Assembly (NCBI GenBank): GCA_964187785.1
Contig: OZ076409.1
Location: 59,768,001 to 59,832,000 of the forward strand
DNA length: 64,000 nucleotides
Source of the DNA: Amphiscolops sp. MND2022
Taxonomy: Eukaryota
Reading direction: 5' to 3'
The notes beneath the pieces are model-generated. The model made no database searches. It was not told the DNA's origin and worked only from the letters and a program-made list of their open reading frames with translations. The position numbers and the translations under genes are program-made. Shown one piece after another: positions 35,521-47,949 of the stretch (positions are counted from its first letter, which is position 1; each line of letters opens with the position of its first letter).

Positions 35521-36241
35521 TTGGGCAGGTCATTCAAGGACGGCCTCAATCGAGGCGATGGTGACCTGGAAGCAGTAGGCGGCGAAGAGTTCGGGAGACC
35601 CAAGGTTTTCAGTTGACCCCCGGTTGAACTATTAGCCCCAGAATCATTTGTGGGATCTTTGGCAACGAAGGTGGGGGATTCCACAAAAACGTTATCCGTC
35701 TCCGATGGTATTGCACTTGATACAACAACAGGTGGGTTTTCGGGTCCCCCAAGCGGTGATGAACTAGCGGTTATATCCTTGTGAGGACTGACACCTGTGG
35801 ACATTGTACTCGGATAAGAAGTGGAGTCGTTTGAAGAGCTTGTAGTTTTCTTCGCCTTTAGAGTTTCAAAAACATCTTCTGCCAAAAGCGAAGATGCATC
35901 CAAACCCCCCAGACTACTGTTCCTATCTGAATCATTAGGAAGCTCAATTTTGGGAACGTCCAAAGCGTGGCGGTTTTCTGGAGAATAGCTTGGGCCAAAA
36001 AACTTCTGAGGGGTGTCAACAGTTTTTGCGGGCACCTTGAGAGCAGTTTGAGGTGTTTTTGTGGGTGGCGTTGATTTAGTTTGGGTGTCATTTGACCCGT
36101 CTTCAGTTTCAGTACCCTCACCCTCTTCGCTCGGCAAGTTTTTAAGTTCATCGTCGTCTTCTTCGGTCAGTTCTCCCTCCTCGCCCGGATCTTCTAAGTC
36201 ATTTTCATCTTCTTCGTCGTCTTCTTCTTCCTCTTCGATTT
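35521..36241 (-). CDS. Host gene exon: acidic (E/D) then S/T/P-rich linker
   Basis: 721-bp exon, phase 1 start and phase 2 end, matching both neighbouring exons. Confidence 0.8.
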
Positions 36242-36739
36242 CTATTTAAAAAAGCAAAGTTGAGCAATTGCTTACTTGTAACTGCACTAAAAAGACTATT
36301 AAACGTTCGACCCATTTAAACCACAATAATTTCCCAAATTGTCAGTTTTCTGGACAAATCGATTACTGACTTTTGAGTTGAAACAGCAAAGAAAAACAAG
36401 GTACGACCGGAATCTGTCGGTGCTCAGCTTAAGCTTCAAGAAGACAAGTCTTCTGAATATGCTGAAGGTCTGTTAAAATCTCACAATGCCGAAATTCAGG
36501 CCCTTCATGTAGGAACAACTTAAACATGTTAAAACAAAAAATTAAAAGAGGATTTCAGAACAGAACAGAACAGTTTATTCAATTGGATATTTGAAAGTAC
36601 ATAAAGAATCAAAGAAACAGAAAAAAAAATTCATCGAAACTATATATATATCCAATAAGGACGCAAAATGAGTATTACGACTCTTCTAAGTTTGCGCCCT
36701 TGAGAACCAAACATGTGCCTCACTTAATTTCATTTTTTC

Positions 36740-39553
36740 TTAGAAAAACAAATTGAATAGATCTTTGTTATCAACTATATATAACTTTGTCAATGTCACG
36801 ATATAGTTCTTGACAGTTATTGCCGGCAGATCTTTCAGGTTCATAGGGATGAGTTTCAGTTCCATTACCCAGTTATGTGCTATGCGTAGCGAGTTTGTCA
36901 GAGATTTACGCTTCAAAGTAGTTCTACAGTAAATAGATGGCAGTAGTTGTTTTCTTCTGAACCTAGTTAAGTGTATATTTTCGGGCATACTTCCAAGATT
37001 CAAAAGCTGTGACGGTGATTCCAATCTTATTTGCTTAAACAGTTCTATTATCAGTTCAACAAGAAACAGCTCAAAAACAGTGAGAACACCTTCTTTTGTA
37101 AAGATTTCACTTAGTGAATCCGTCCTTTGCATGAAAAAGATTGCCCTCAGGATTCGTCGTTGTGCCTTTTCAATTTTTACTAAGTTTGTTTTTGCAGCAG
37201 AGCCATATACAAGTATACCGTACATAATTATTGATTTAGCAAACGAATTGTAGAACAAGAGTAAACAATTTTTCGGATAGAGATGACGAACACGATAGAT
37301 TAATCCACAAAATATATTGAGTTTTTTTACAACATAATCGATGTGATCTCTAAACTTCAAATTTTTGTCTATGTACACTCCTAGATACTTACATGCATTT
37401 TTGTACTCAACTTGTTGTCCATTTTTTTCAACTTTCTCTGGTTTTCCTAAGCCGAAACAGATGCTCTCGCATTTGTCTATGTTAACAGTTAATTTATTGG
37501 AACAGAACCATTTAAACATACAGTCAACATCTTTTCTAATTAAATTATCAACTCGTTTTCCTGCTTTAATTACAGTTGTATCGTCAGCAAACATTGCTAA
37601 TTGACTGTTTTCAACACATTTTTCGATGTCATTGATATAAATGAGAAAGAGAAGCGGACCTAAAACTGAACCCTGTGGAACCCCGGTACTTAACAAATTT
37701 ACTTGGCTTTCCATTCCGTTAATTATGGTATATTGTCTTCTTCCATGGAGATAACTTTCAAGAATTTGCAATACTTTTCCTCTGAAGCCATATTTTTCAA
37801 TTTTATCTAGCAATATGCTGTGATCAAGTGTATCAAACGCTTTTTTAAGGTCAATGAAACAAGCTTGGCCGGTTGACTTTTTGTCAATTTCATCTCTCAT
37901 ATACTCAGTGACTGAGATAATTGCATTAATACAGGACATTTTTTCTCTGAAACCAAACTGCTTTGATGACAGTATTTCATTTTTTTTGCAGAAGACTACC
38001 ATTCGTTTGAACAAAAGATGCTCGTAAACTTTAGAAAGAGAACTTAGTAGGCTAATTGGTCTATAGTTTTCAGGATTCGAATAATCACCTTTTTTGTATA
38101 AAGGTATTACTTTCGCCAATTTTAAAGACGATGGGAATACACCTTGATCTATTGATTTATTAAAAATGTCAACTAAAAAAGGCTCGACTATTGGCGAGCA
38201 ACATTTTAGAATTTCGTTGCTTATTCCATCGTGACCGGCACTTTTCTTGTTCTTAAGTTTTCTCAGAACCTTCGAAACTTCATCTTCGTTGGTATGTGAT
38301 AGTACCATTGTTCTCTTAATTCGCTCAATTTTACATTTACGTTTTTGAATCGGTATTTCAGATGATAATGCCGGACCGATTGAAGTGAAATAATTGTTCA
38401 ATATTTCTGAACTTGGTGTCTGTGGAATGCTACGTTCTTGTCGTTTTTGTTGCTTCAATGTGTTGTAAATTGTCTTTGGAGTTGGTTGGTGACCTAGTCT
38501 CTTCAGATTAGCATCACGTTTTGCTGCTCGTATTTTTTGTGTCACTTCATTCCGTTGTTTTCTATAGGCTGAACGATTAGTCTCATTGGGATCATTAATC
38601 CATTTTTGAAATAGTTTGTCCCGTTTCGTAATAGCTCTCTTTCTTTGATTCGTGATCCATTCAGTAGGTCGCTTGTTTTGCGCAATGTTCTTTTCCGGAG
38701 CAAACTTTTCAATACACTCCATTATTGTTTTCGCTAACAATTCAACTTTGTGATTTATGTCAATTTCATCAGGTATTCGCTGTAGTTTATTCAGCAGGAG
38801 GAATAAGAAGTTCGGCGCCTTTTCACCTTTGATTTCCCTTAAATTGCGGTATTTAGTTACTGCTGTTAAATTTTGAGGCATTACTGAGGAACCTCTAAGT
38901 AAAATATCTGCAGTAACTGTGTAATGATCGCTGATTGTGGTGGGTATAGTGTTCGTTTTTAAAAAGCTTGAAGTTATCATATGATCAAGACAGCTTCTTG
39001 AATAAGGGGTAACTCTCGTCGGCAGTGTATTTTGAATTTCAAAATCATATGCAGCCAAAAGATTCTCATATTGTTTTTTTTCAGCGCTTTCTTTCAGTGT
39101 GTCAATGTTAAAGTCACCGAAGATCAATGTGTCGACCCTCTGGCTTTTCAAAAAGGATAGGATGTTTTCGAATTCCTCAAAGAAGTAATTTAGGTTGACA
39201 CTGTCAGGTCTGTATATTAGACAAAAATTCATTGTATTCAAGTCATCAAACTGGACTTCGAACAGCGAGCACTCTAACTTATTTTCGATTTTCAGCGGTT
39301 TGTTTTTTACTGAGTTTTCGAAATAGAAAGCGACTCCTCCTGATCGTCGCTTACATTCAGTTCTCGCAAAAGACCTAATGGGTTGATAGCCTTGCAAATC
39401 GTATTGATCCATATCATCATTTCCACCTATCCATGTTTCTGTTTATAGAATTATTTTTGGTTTTTTTTGCAAGGTGTTAATCATGACATTTAGCTCATCA
39501 AGATGCAGCTTTAAAGATCTTATATTCATTCCTAACACTACTTCATGTTTCAT
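36740..39553 (-). pseudogene. LINE ORF2: APE endonuclease + reverse transcriptase, one in-frame TAA at 39443-39445
   Basis: NIRSL, (L*)TETW, GDFNID, SDH endonuclease motifs; YRPISLL, QGSVLGPLLFLIYIND, FADDT RT motifs. Confidence 0.92.
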
Positions 39554-39702
39554 TGGCGCAATGATTTGGTTCTCAAAACAAAAAGAGTTTGTTGCGTTTT
39601 TCCGAGAAGATTTGCAGTCAAACTTTATTTTTAATTTTTTGGTGTTGTCGTTGAACCGTTTTCTTATTTTGTTTTTTTTGTTAGTTCAAGTTTGACCGCA
39701 AA

Positions 39703-40551
39703 CTATACGCCCGAAGTGTTTGTTTTTGGAGAAGCCTCTGTCAATCGCAATGATTTTTCCTCAGCACCAAAATCACCAGGAGATTCTCTGACTCTTTTAA
39801 GATTGCTCGATGATGACTGATGTGGTGTTTTTGGCGGATTATCATCGGCTGGATTCTTTTGCTTCCGTTTCATTCTGAGGATAGCACACTTTTGTATATC
39901 ATCAACTGCTTTAATGCTGTTTACTGTAACAGTTTTGAAAAATCCATTGTCATCTTTTTTGAAGACTTTCACATCACAATTGTATGTTGTAGTTATCAAT
40001 CCAAGGCTGTCGGCGTGCGCTTGAATCTCTTTTTGCACCCGCGGTAGACGTTCTTTGATGTAAATACCTTTTCCATTTAAAGAGTTTGATTTTCCTGCCA
40101 ACCAAGATTTTCGTCCCAAAATTTCTGCTTTTTCGTGGAAATACACAAATTTGACAATAATAGCTGGAGGAAATAGCTGTGACTGTGATTTCCCTAGATA
40201 GTGGCATGCTTTGAAATTGCAGGGGTCTGTATCGAAGTTTAGGAAATATTTCAAAAAGTCGCAAACCTGGTGTGAAAGAGGAAGCATTGGGTCCTTTACC
40301 GGCATGTTCTCCAAGATTAAGCAGTCTTTTGAAGAATATTTTTCCCCTGCTGTAACTCTAAGTTCAAGATCAGATACTTTATTCTGTAACGTTTTGATTT
40401 GATGATCTTTAGCAGTAATTTCCGAGCATAAATGTTGAAGAATTTGTTTAAGTTTTTCATTCTCAAGATTTTCTATTTCAGATAATACATTGAACGAATC
40501 CATATATGGTACCTCGAACAGTATAGCGTGCAAAAGATTACGTAATAACAA
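39703..40551 (-). CDS. LINE ORF1 (coiled coil + putative RRM-like domain)
   Basis: Directly upstream of ORF2; heptad-like N-terminus; ..LILENMP, CHYLG, P.IIVKF, IYIKERL pattern typical of CR1/L2 ORF1. Confidence 0.8.
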   Translation of the reverse strand: MLLRNLLHAILFEVPYMDSFNVLSEIENLENEKLKQILQHLCSEITAKDHQIKTLQNKVSDLELRVTAGEKYSSKDCLILENMPVKDPMLPLSHQVCDFLKYFLNFDTDPCNFKACHYLGKSQSQLFPPAIIVKFVYFHEKAEILGRKSWLAGKSNSLNGKGIYIKERLPRVQKEIQAHADSLGLITTTYNCDVKVFKKDDNGFFKTVTVNSIKAVDDIQKCAILRMKRKQKNPADDNPPKTPHQSSSSNLKRVRESPGDFGAEEKSLRLTEASPKTNTSGV

Positions 40552-40848
40552 GAATAAGAATACAGCTGTAACGACCGACTGTTCAGCTCAACATTTGACT
40601 GGCGTGATTTCAAGACGTTCTTTGGTAAGCAAATTTGTTGAAAGAAGTCTTTTTTTTTTCAAATTTTTTAATAGGGAAAAACAAGAAACAAAATATAATC
40701 GAATAATTAGATAACTTCCCCTAACAACTCAAAGTAAAGATTATCTCATAGAGGTAGCAAAATTTATTCCATGAGCCATGCTTTTTAATTGTTGATTCAA
40801 AAAGGACAAAACCTACAGTTGCAAATTTCATTTCTTCCAATTTACAGA

Positions 40849-40868
40849 TCTCTCTCTCTCTCTCTCTC
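40849..40868. repeat. (TC)10 microsatellite
   Basis: Direct reading. Confidence 0.95.
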
Positions 40869-41024
40869 TGACTGGCCCATTTTTAACAAGCTTTAAGACT
40901 AAGACCGAAGAAATTAGAAGAGGTCATTTAAAGAAGTAAAAGAGTTATCCTTAGGGTATTTTTTGGTACGGTGTGATTTTCCAGAACTATGTCAAAAAAC
41001 CCTTTTGCCATACTCTATTTTTTA

Positions 41025-43910
41025 TTTTCTGCCCATATTTCATATGGGAAAGGAAAATATTGAAATCAAACGGTTTTTTTTACAAAATTTGCCAAGCACC
41101 AAATGTAGATTTAACTATGGGTGTTACTCATAGAATTCAACTCACATATATTTAGCTTCGTGCGATTTGTATTTGCGGAGATTTCTAGATTTTTTCAGTT
41201 GACCCCAAGGACCCCAAAAATGACACCAAAAAATGGGAAAAATTGCCAAAAATTTCTATTTTTTTTACGTTTTAATGCAATTTTTGTCGAAATTTTGATA
41301 AACTTCGTGGATTAGAATATTGAAAATGTTCAAAAAGGCACTAATTCGTTGTCCAGTAGGCTTTTCCAAAGAGACATTTGCAATGTTTTGAATGAAAATG
41401 TCTCAAACTTACACCGAAAATAACAAAAATCTCAAAATTTTCTATTTTCCAATGATTTTATGCAATTTTTTCCAAATGTTTGACGGACTATGTGGATTGG
41501 AACGCTGAAAGGGGTCAACAATGAAAGAATGCGTTGATCAGTAGTCGTTTCCGAAGAGTTTATTGCAGTTTTCCAAGTAAAAATGTCTCAAATTGACAAC
41601 GAAAATGACAAAAAACCCAAAATTTACCATTTTTCAAAGTTTTTATGCATTTTTTGTTAATGTTTCAACAGACTTCGCCAATTGGAATGTTTTAATGGAA
41701 TCAAAAAGGAAAACGGTTGTCCAGTAGTTTTTTACGAAGAGATAATTGCAAATTTCTGAATGAAAAATGTCTCAAATTAACCCCGAAAATGACAAAAGTC
41801 TCAATTTTATCAAATTTTCAAAGTTTTAACGCATTTTCGGTCAACTTTCTGACAGACTTCGTGGATTGGAATGTTTTAAGGGGTCAACAAAGAAGAGGTT
41901 GGTTGTCCAGTAGTCGTTTTCGAAGAGTTTATTGCATTTTTCTAAAAGGAAATGTCTCAAATTGACACTGAAACCGACAAAAATCTTTCCAGTTATTTCA
42001 AAGACATTTTGCAATTTTTCCCAGATTTTTGACAGACTTTGGGGAAGAGAACGCTAAAAAGAGCCAACAAAAAAACTACATTGTCGAGTAGGCTTTTCCG
42101 AAGAGTTTTATGCAGTTTTTTAATGAAAATGTCTCAAATTTTCACAGAAAGTGACAAAAAACCCAAATTTGCCCAAGTTTTTATGCATTTTTTGTTGAAG
42201 TTTCGACAGACTCCGTGGATCGGAATGTTTTAAAGTGTCAACAAGGAAACAAGGCATTGTCCAGAAGGCTAATTGAAGAGTTTATTGCAAATTTCTCAGT
42301 GAAAATGTCTCAAATCGACACATTTTTTCCAAATTTTTGACAGACTTCGTCAAATGGAACGTTGAAAAGGGTCAATAAGGGAAGAATATGTTGTCCACTA
42401 TGCTTAAAAAAGAGATAAATTAGTTTTTCAAACGGAAACTGTCCGGAATTGACAACAACAAAGACAAAATTCGGAAATTTTCCAATTTTCACTATTTTTG
42501 GTCAATTTTTGTCAGAATATCGTTAGACTTCGTGGACTGGATTGTTAAAAACATGTTCAAACTTGTTGTTGCCTTGAGTTTCCGTCACGAGATAAGTTCA
42601 ATTTGTAAAAGAAAAATGCTTCAAATTGACCCTGAATTGTCAAAAATTTTGAAATTTTTGTACCCTCTTGATGCAATTTCTGTAAATTTTCCATGAGATT
42701 TATTTTCTAAGTTCCAACACAATCAACTCAACAACGAAAGAACAAGGTTTGCATTACATTTTTTGAAGAGAACGTTGCAGCGTTCTGCTTCAGCAACACC
42801 TCAGAATGACTCGAAAGGAGTCAAACAATTTTCAACATCTTTGTTTTTGTTCAACTTGTGTACTTTTTGAATCGTATTGGAATCAGATTTTTGGCAAACG
42901 TTCAGCAAAGACTGAACTCATAATCCAGTAGGCGTTTCAAGGAACATTTCCAGACTTTTGGAAAATGTTACAAAATTGACTGCAATAAGTCGAAATTGTC
43001 GAAATATTTGTCAATTTCTGACATCTTCAGTGATTATTTATTTGAGATTGGAAAATTTCGATGAAGAAAAAGATTCGAGAAGCTCCAGACAAAAAACTAG
43101 GTCCAAATCACATTTTCCAAAAAATTGTCTAATATATGGTCGAAAGTTTTCTCAGAAAGACGCAAATATTGGATGATTTGAGAATTGCAAAAAAGTAACA
43201 AAACGGGATCGCTCAACTTTCCTAAATTTGCAAAAGACCTAGTTTCAAGCTTTTACCATTTCCGTTCCGCAGTGCAAAAAAAATTACCGCAAGAAATACT
43301 CCTGAGACTAGCAAACCACATTTTGCCCAACAGGAATCACAAGACATCTATTTGTTTTGAATGATTTTCCGTTAAAATTCCACGATGGCGAAACGAGTTC
43401 CAACTCGCAAAACTACTTTTTTCACGCCGAAATCAGGTATGAAAGCAAGGGTGTACTCTTTGACAAAATGAAAGTTTCGGAAAGACGCACAGAGCCGAAA
43501 AAAACTGAAATGAGGTAAGTTCCATAAACAATAAGAAACCTCGTCAGTTCCATGTGATTAAAAGTAACAACAAAGTAAAATCAAGACTGGGGAAACTTAT
43601 TTCCTTTACAGAAAAACTCAAAAATAAAAATTGCGAAAAATGTTTTAGGAAAATTATTTTCAAAAAAATTATTGACATTTTCTCTCCTCTCGGTAAGTCG
43701 CATAGTGCCGAAAAAACGAAAAGTGGCCAGCTAACGCAGAAAATTTAAATTAGTTGTTTCTTTTAAAATGGGCTAAAATGAATCAAAGCTTTCTTTTCTT
43801 CGAACTTCTTAGCGTTTTAATAGTGCATTTGCTATCTTGAGCCTCAAATTTATGAAGTTGTAGAACCGTTTGGGGCGGAAATAATCTCGCTGCTCAGCGG
43901 GCGTCTTGTT
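41025..43910 (+). mobile_element. DINE-1/Helentron-like non-autonomous element, copy B
   Basis: 5' TTTTCTGCCC, 3' TTTGGGGCGGAAA, CGCTG-CT-CAGCG stem-loop, terminal TCTTGTT; ~7 tandem ~180-bp subunits. Confidence 0.7.
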
Positions 43911-44162
43911 CCAATCAACAGATGAAGCGCCTTACAAAAAAATCAAAAATTTAGTTTTAGAGCATATTTTTGTGGAAATATGTTTCCTTTTCAAAGAAAA
44001 ACTGACTAAAAACCAAAAAGAGCCAGAAAAATTTTGTTAACTTCTTAAACTTTCTGTGCAATTTAGGAACAGTTTACTGAATGTATGTTGTCAAAATAAT
44101 TCAAAGCGGAATATAACTAGGTGTTTAGAGGGCATCTTATTTTAAGGTATGAGTCGGCTGAC

Positions 44163-44366
44163 CTTGAATTGACACGTTGACTATTGTGTAGATGGCATTG
44201 ACAGTGTTGTTGGCTGCCACCGTGTATTCCCCTGCATCTGTGAGGTCACAGTCTCTAATCCGCAGGTTACACAGACCAGCCGCGGGGTCCTCAAATATAC
44301 TGACCCGACCAGCAGAAGTCAACAACTTCCCGTTTCGGAACCACTCCACCACTGGCAACGGGTAAC
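44163..44366 (-). CDS. Host gene exon (Ig domain: GYPLPVVEWFRNG...DAGEYTV.A.N)
   Basis: I-set motifs; phase 1 at both ends. Confidence 0.88.
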
Positions 44367-44767
44367 CTAGAAACGAGAAAAACATTGGCGAAAGGTGGAC
44401 GAGCAAAACGCAGTATTTAAGTTTTTTATAAGAAAAACTATGATTAAAACACCTTTTGTGTTTACCTATTGCTTACTTCACATTTTGCTTAATTTAAAAA
44501 ACTGTGTGAGATTGAAGGGTACCCTTTTTGATTTTTTACTTTGACATTGTAAGACTTTTTCAATTTTTCATTTTCTTTTTTTGTTTATTCATATAGATAA
44601 CGCTTTTCTGTCCAAAGGAACCGTTTATAAACTTTTTGGAGAAGCGAAATGTTCCGGAACTTTCAAAGAAGCAGCTGTTAATTATTCTTGAGAGATTGTG
44701 AGCATTCTGAGTTTTTCTAAGCGGGGCGTCGACTTGAGGTGTTTCCGTTTTGTTTCCTTTGCCTTAC

Positions 44768-45024
44768 CTGACACGTGGGCTACTAGCTCCACCACCGATC
44801 CCTCCTTGAAGACCCCGCCTTTGGGTTTCTGGACGAATTCACACATGTGATAGGTCGGCATCTCCCCGAACATTCCTCCCATGAACTGACCTGACCCTTG
44901 ACCCGAGAGGGGCCCGAAGTCGAGGTCACTGACCATGCTGGTCGTGTCACTGAAGGCGCTTTGCACACTCTGGGAGCTGCCTCTTCGTCTGGAACTTTGG
45001 TGGCCGGTGGCGCCTGTGATACAG
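44768..45024 (-). CDS. Host gene exon (linker + start of an Ig domain)
   Basis: FVQKPK...EG..VEL...VSG; phase 2 start, phase 1 end with GTAAG donor. Confidence 0.8.
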
Positions 45025-45128
45025 CTGAAAAAAAACTGGGAATGAAGAAAAACTAGGGAAAAATAGTTTTTGCTTTTAAAATTATTTCTCTGGGAACTTT
45101 AATATCAACGAAAATAGAGTTTTTTTAC

Positions 45129-45375
45129 CTCTGCATATCGGTGGATGAGGAAATGACACTTTTGTTATCTTCACAAGTGGCGAATGAGTCAGCGATGCTC
45201 TTGACGTCATCGTCTGGCCTGTTGCCAGAGTGGGTCCCTCCCCCGTAATGTCTTGGAGTGTCTATGGTGAGGTTGGCGGCCGAAAAGATCCTCTGCCCGT
45301 TGCTATTGGTGGCCACGCAGTAATACGTACCTACGTCATCTTCCCCTATGTCGTCGATCAGAAGAGCGTAAAAAC
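45129..45375 (-). CDS. Host gene exon (Ig C-half: DVGTYYCVATNSNG)
   Basis: Ig motif; phases match both neighbours. Confidence 0.85.
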
Positions 45376-46813
45376 CTGGGAAAGAAAGGAATTTGTTTCG
45401 TGGTATAATTCTAACTTACAACTGAATTACTTGAACTACTTACCGATAATTAAAGTACACGAACTGATCATTCAACAGATTTTCAGGTAATTACCACTTT
45501 GAAGTTTTGAATATTCCATGAGAGTATGGGTTTGAAAGTACTGATTGGGGTCTTTGATTATCAGCTCTGATTAATGTGAATTATTTGCAAATAAATGATT
45601 TTGTTGACTTGCATTAGTTCTTGGAGTTTCCCCTATGAATGAGACCATTTGGTACTTCTTGAGCTCAAACTCATTTGTCAAACACAATCTTATCTGTCGA
45701 AGTTTTAGTTGAATTTGTGAAGAAAAGGTTTTAGTAAGAATATCTGAACCTCAAGAATATATTGCCCAAACATATGTTACAAGGGTTTTTGTTCCTGACA
45801 CTTGGTACTTGGATTTAATAGAAAACAGTTAGCCAGTTCGCCAGGAAATTCACGCGACGTTTCTATCGTTGCTCACGTATTAGTACCCGAAGTTTTATTC
45901 CTTCTGTTCTGTCTGAATAATCCAAAAATATAGTTCAGCTGCAACGTTCAGGGCGACATCGTTTTTTTAGCATATGCTAAAAAAACGATGTCGCCGATGG
46001 AAGACGATGGAAGACCGGACATTACAATGGAGGTCGTCTTTGAAACATTCCCAAAAAGGACTTTTTCGGGCAATGTGTCTCAGACGTTCAGTGTCTCTAA
46101 TTCTTGGACTATACAGATTCCTTCCCGGTCGTTGTAGCGGCCTGCATTTTTACATATTACGGTGAAATAGCTTTAACTTTTAGAAGGACATTCAATATTG
46201 TATAATATTCCAATAGTCTTGAGTATCCCGAGATCTTAATTGCTAATTTTGAAAAATGTCATCAAGAATTGAGTTTTCGTACTGCACCTATAACTCCGTC
46301 AACATCTCTTAGTGCACTTTCAGCTCTGCTTGTAACAATTCAAAAACTGATAAGTATACACTTTTTACAGTACAGATGACTATCCAGTTACTCACCGAGG
46401 GATTCCTACGTCAATAAAAAATGTACTGGTTTAACCCCTGACTTGTGAATAAGGCGGCAAAAAAAGATTTCTCTGTTTTTGTCACTATTGCATGAAATTC
46501 TAGCATGAATTTCATTATTGCATGAAATTCTAGAAATCTATTTGGATTTTTTGTTACTTTTTGGTGAAATTTTTCTGACTCTAAGGACTTGTCTCATCTC
46601 CCAGAATATTCTTGCAACTGTGTCTGCTGTTGTTGTTTGCTTTAGGAGTCAAGCTGAATTTATGTACTTCTTTAGCTTTTTTGTTTCTCATATTTCGTTG
46701 GTAGAAATTAGTGCATCATTTTTTATAGCTTTGGAGTTGTCTTATGTGAAAAAATCTAGTGTTTGTTACTCGAAAAAATATCTGCCCTTGAAGGGTTCGT
46801 TTCGTTGTATGAG

Positions 46814-47013
46814 NNNNNNNNNNNNNNNNNNNNNNNNNNNNNNNNNNNNNNNNNNNNNNNNNNNNNNNNNNNNNNNNNNNNNNNNNNNNNNNNNNNNNNN
46901 NNNNNNNNNNNNNNNNNNNNNNNNNNNNNNNNNNNNNNNNNNNNNNNNNNNNNNNNNNNNNNNNNNNNNNNNNNNNNNNNNNNNNNNNNNNNNNNNNNNN
47001 NNNNNNNNNNNNN
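46814..47013. other. Assembly gap (200 N)
   Basis: Run of N. Confidence 1.
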
Positions 47014-47379
47014 CGAACTATTTTGATATGATGACGTCAATTTTTTGCGCTAACTTTCGCAATTGAACAAGAAGAGAAAATTAGAATCGCTAAAAACAGT
47101 CAAGAAGGAAAACTGTTAATGATGGAATTAAGAATAAACTAAAGGACCTCGGAAAAATACAAAAAAGAATTTCAACTCTGGTTTTGGGTTTTTAAAAGTT
47201 GAGATATCTCCATCCAAACATGACGTTAATTTCTATGAAAGGAGTTCTATCGTTTGAATGTAAATTTAGCAATTTGAGTCAGGCAAATATTGTATAAAAA
47301 CGTTAACTTTTCGCAATCATATAAATGGAACGTGGCCTTAAAATAATAACCAGGGTAATTATCACATATCATTACTGAC

Positions 47380-47628
47380 CCGATCTGGCCGAGTCCAGTC
47401 GATATCTGTTGCTGGCATCGATGACCAGAAGTTCTTCGTCTTTGAACCAGCAGATATCCAGAGAAGGTTCTACCAGGTTGGTTGTGGACGACGAGAGGTC
47501 ACTGTCATTTGAGCCCGGATGCACTTGACACTCAAAACGACCTGTGTGACCTTCGCCCGCCACCACTATGTCGAGAATCGGTCGTAGAAACATGGGCGGG
47601 GTCAGAGGGAGACAATTTCTGGCCACAA
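47380..47628 (-). CDS. Host gene exon (Ig N-half: PPMFLRPI...GRFECQV...CWFKD)
   Basis: Ig motifs; phase 1 at both ends. Confidence 0.85.
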
Positions 47629-47949
47629 CTGGGAAAACAAAAAATTCTATCGTATCAGAATTCAAAAACCAGGAAAAACAATGTGTAGCATGACTTATGA
47701 TAACAATTGATGAAAGGTTCAACTTTAATCAGACTGAAAATATTATGCTATTATGCTTATCTGAAAATCAGACTAAATGCAGAAAAATTATTCCGACTGA
47801 GTTCTAGCAATGACATACTTTTGAGGCTCAAAAGTAGCCATTGCACTGGGAAAACGCAAGGAAGTTTGATGAAAAAAGTTTGACACTTTTTAATTTACGT
47901 CATCCCATATCAGAAGGAAACGCTTTTTCAGTGTGGACACCAAAACCTA

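Larger units (their letters stand above)
36558..40605 (-). mobile_element. Near full-length non-LTR retrotransposon, CR1/L2-type
   Basis: ORF1 + ORF2; 3' AATAAA (36574-36579) followed by a (CTGTT)n tail; candidate 7-bp TSD GATTTCA at 36551-36557 and 40606-40612. Confidence 0.88.

Noticed and set aside
35370-36137. Stand-alone 255-aa S/T/P-rich gene
   Set aside because: Splice sites and phases place it as an internal exon (35521-36241) of the Ig-repeat gene.
46518-47066. 182-aa and overlapping ORFs
   Set aside because: Artefacts of translating through the 200-N gap.
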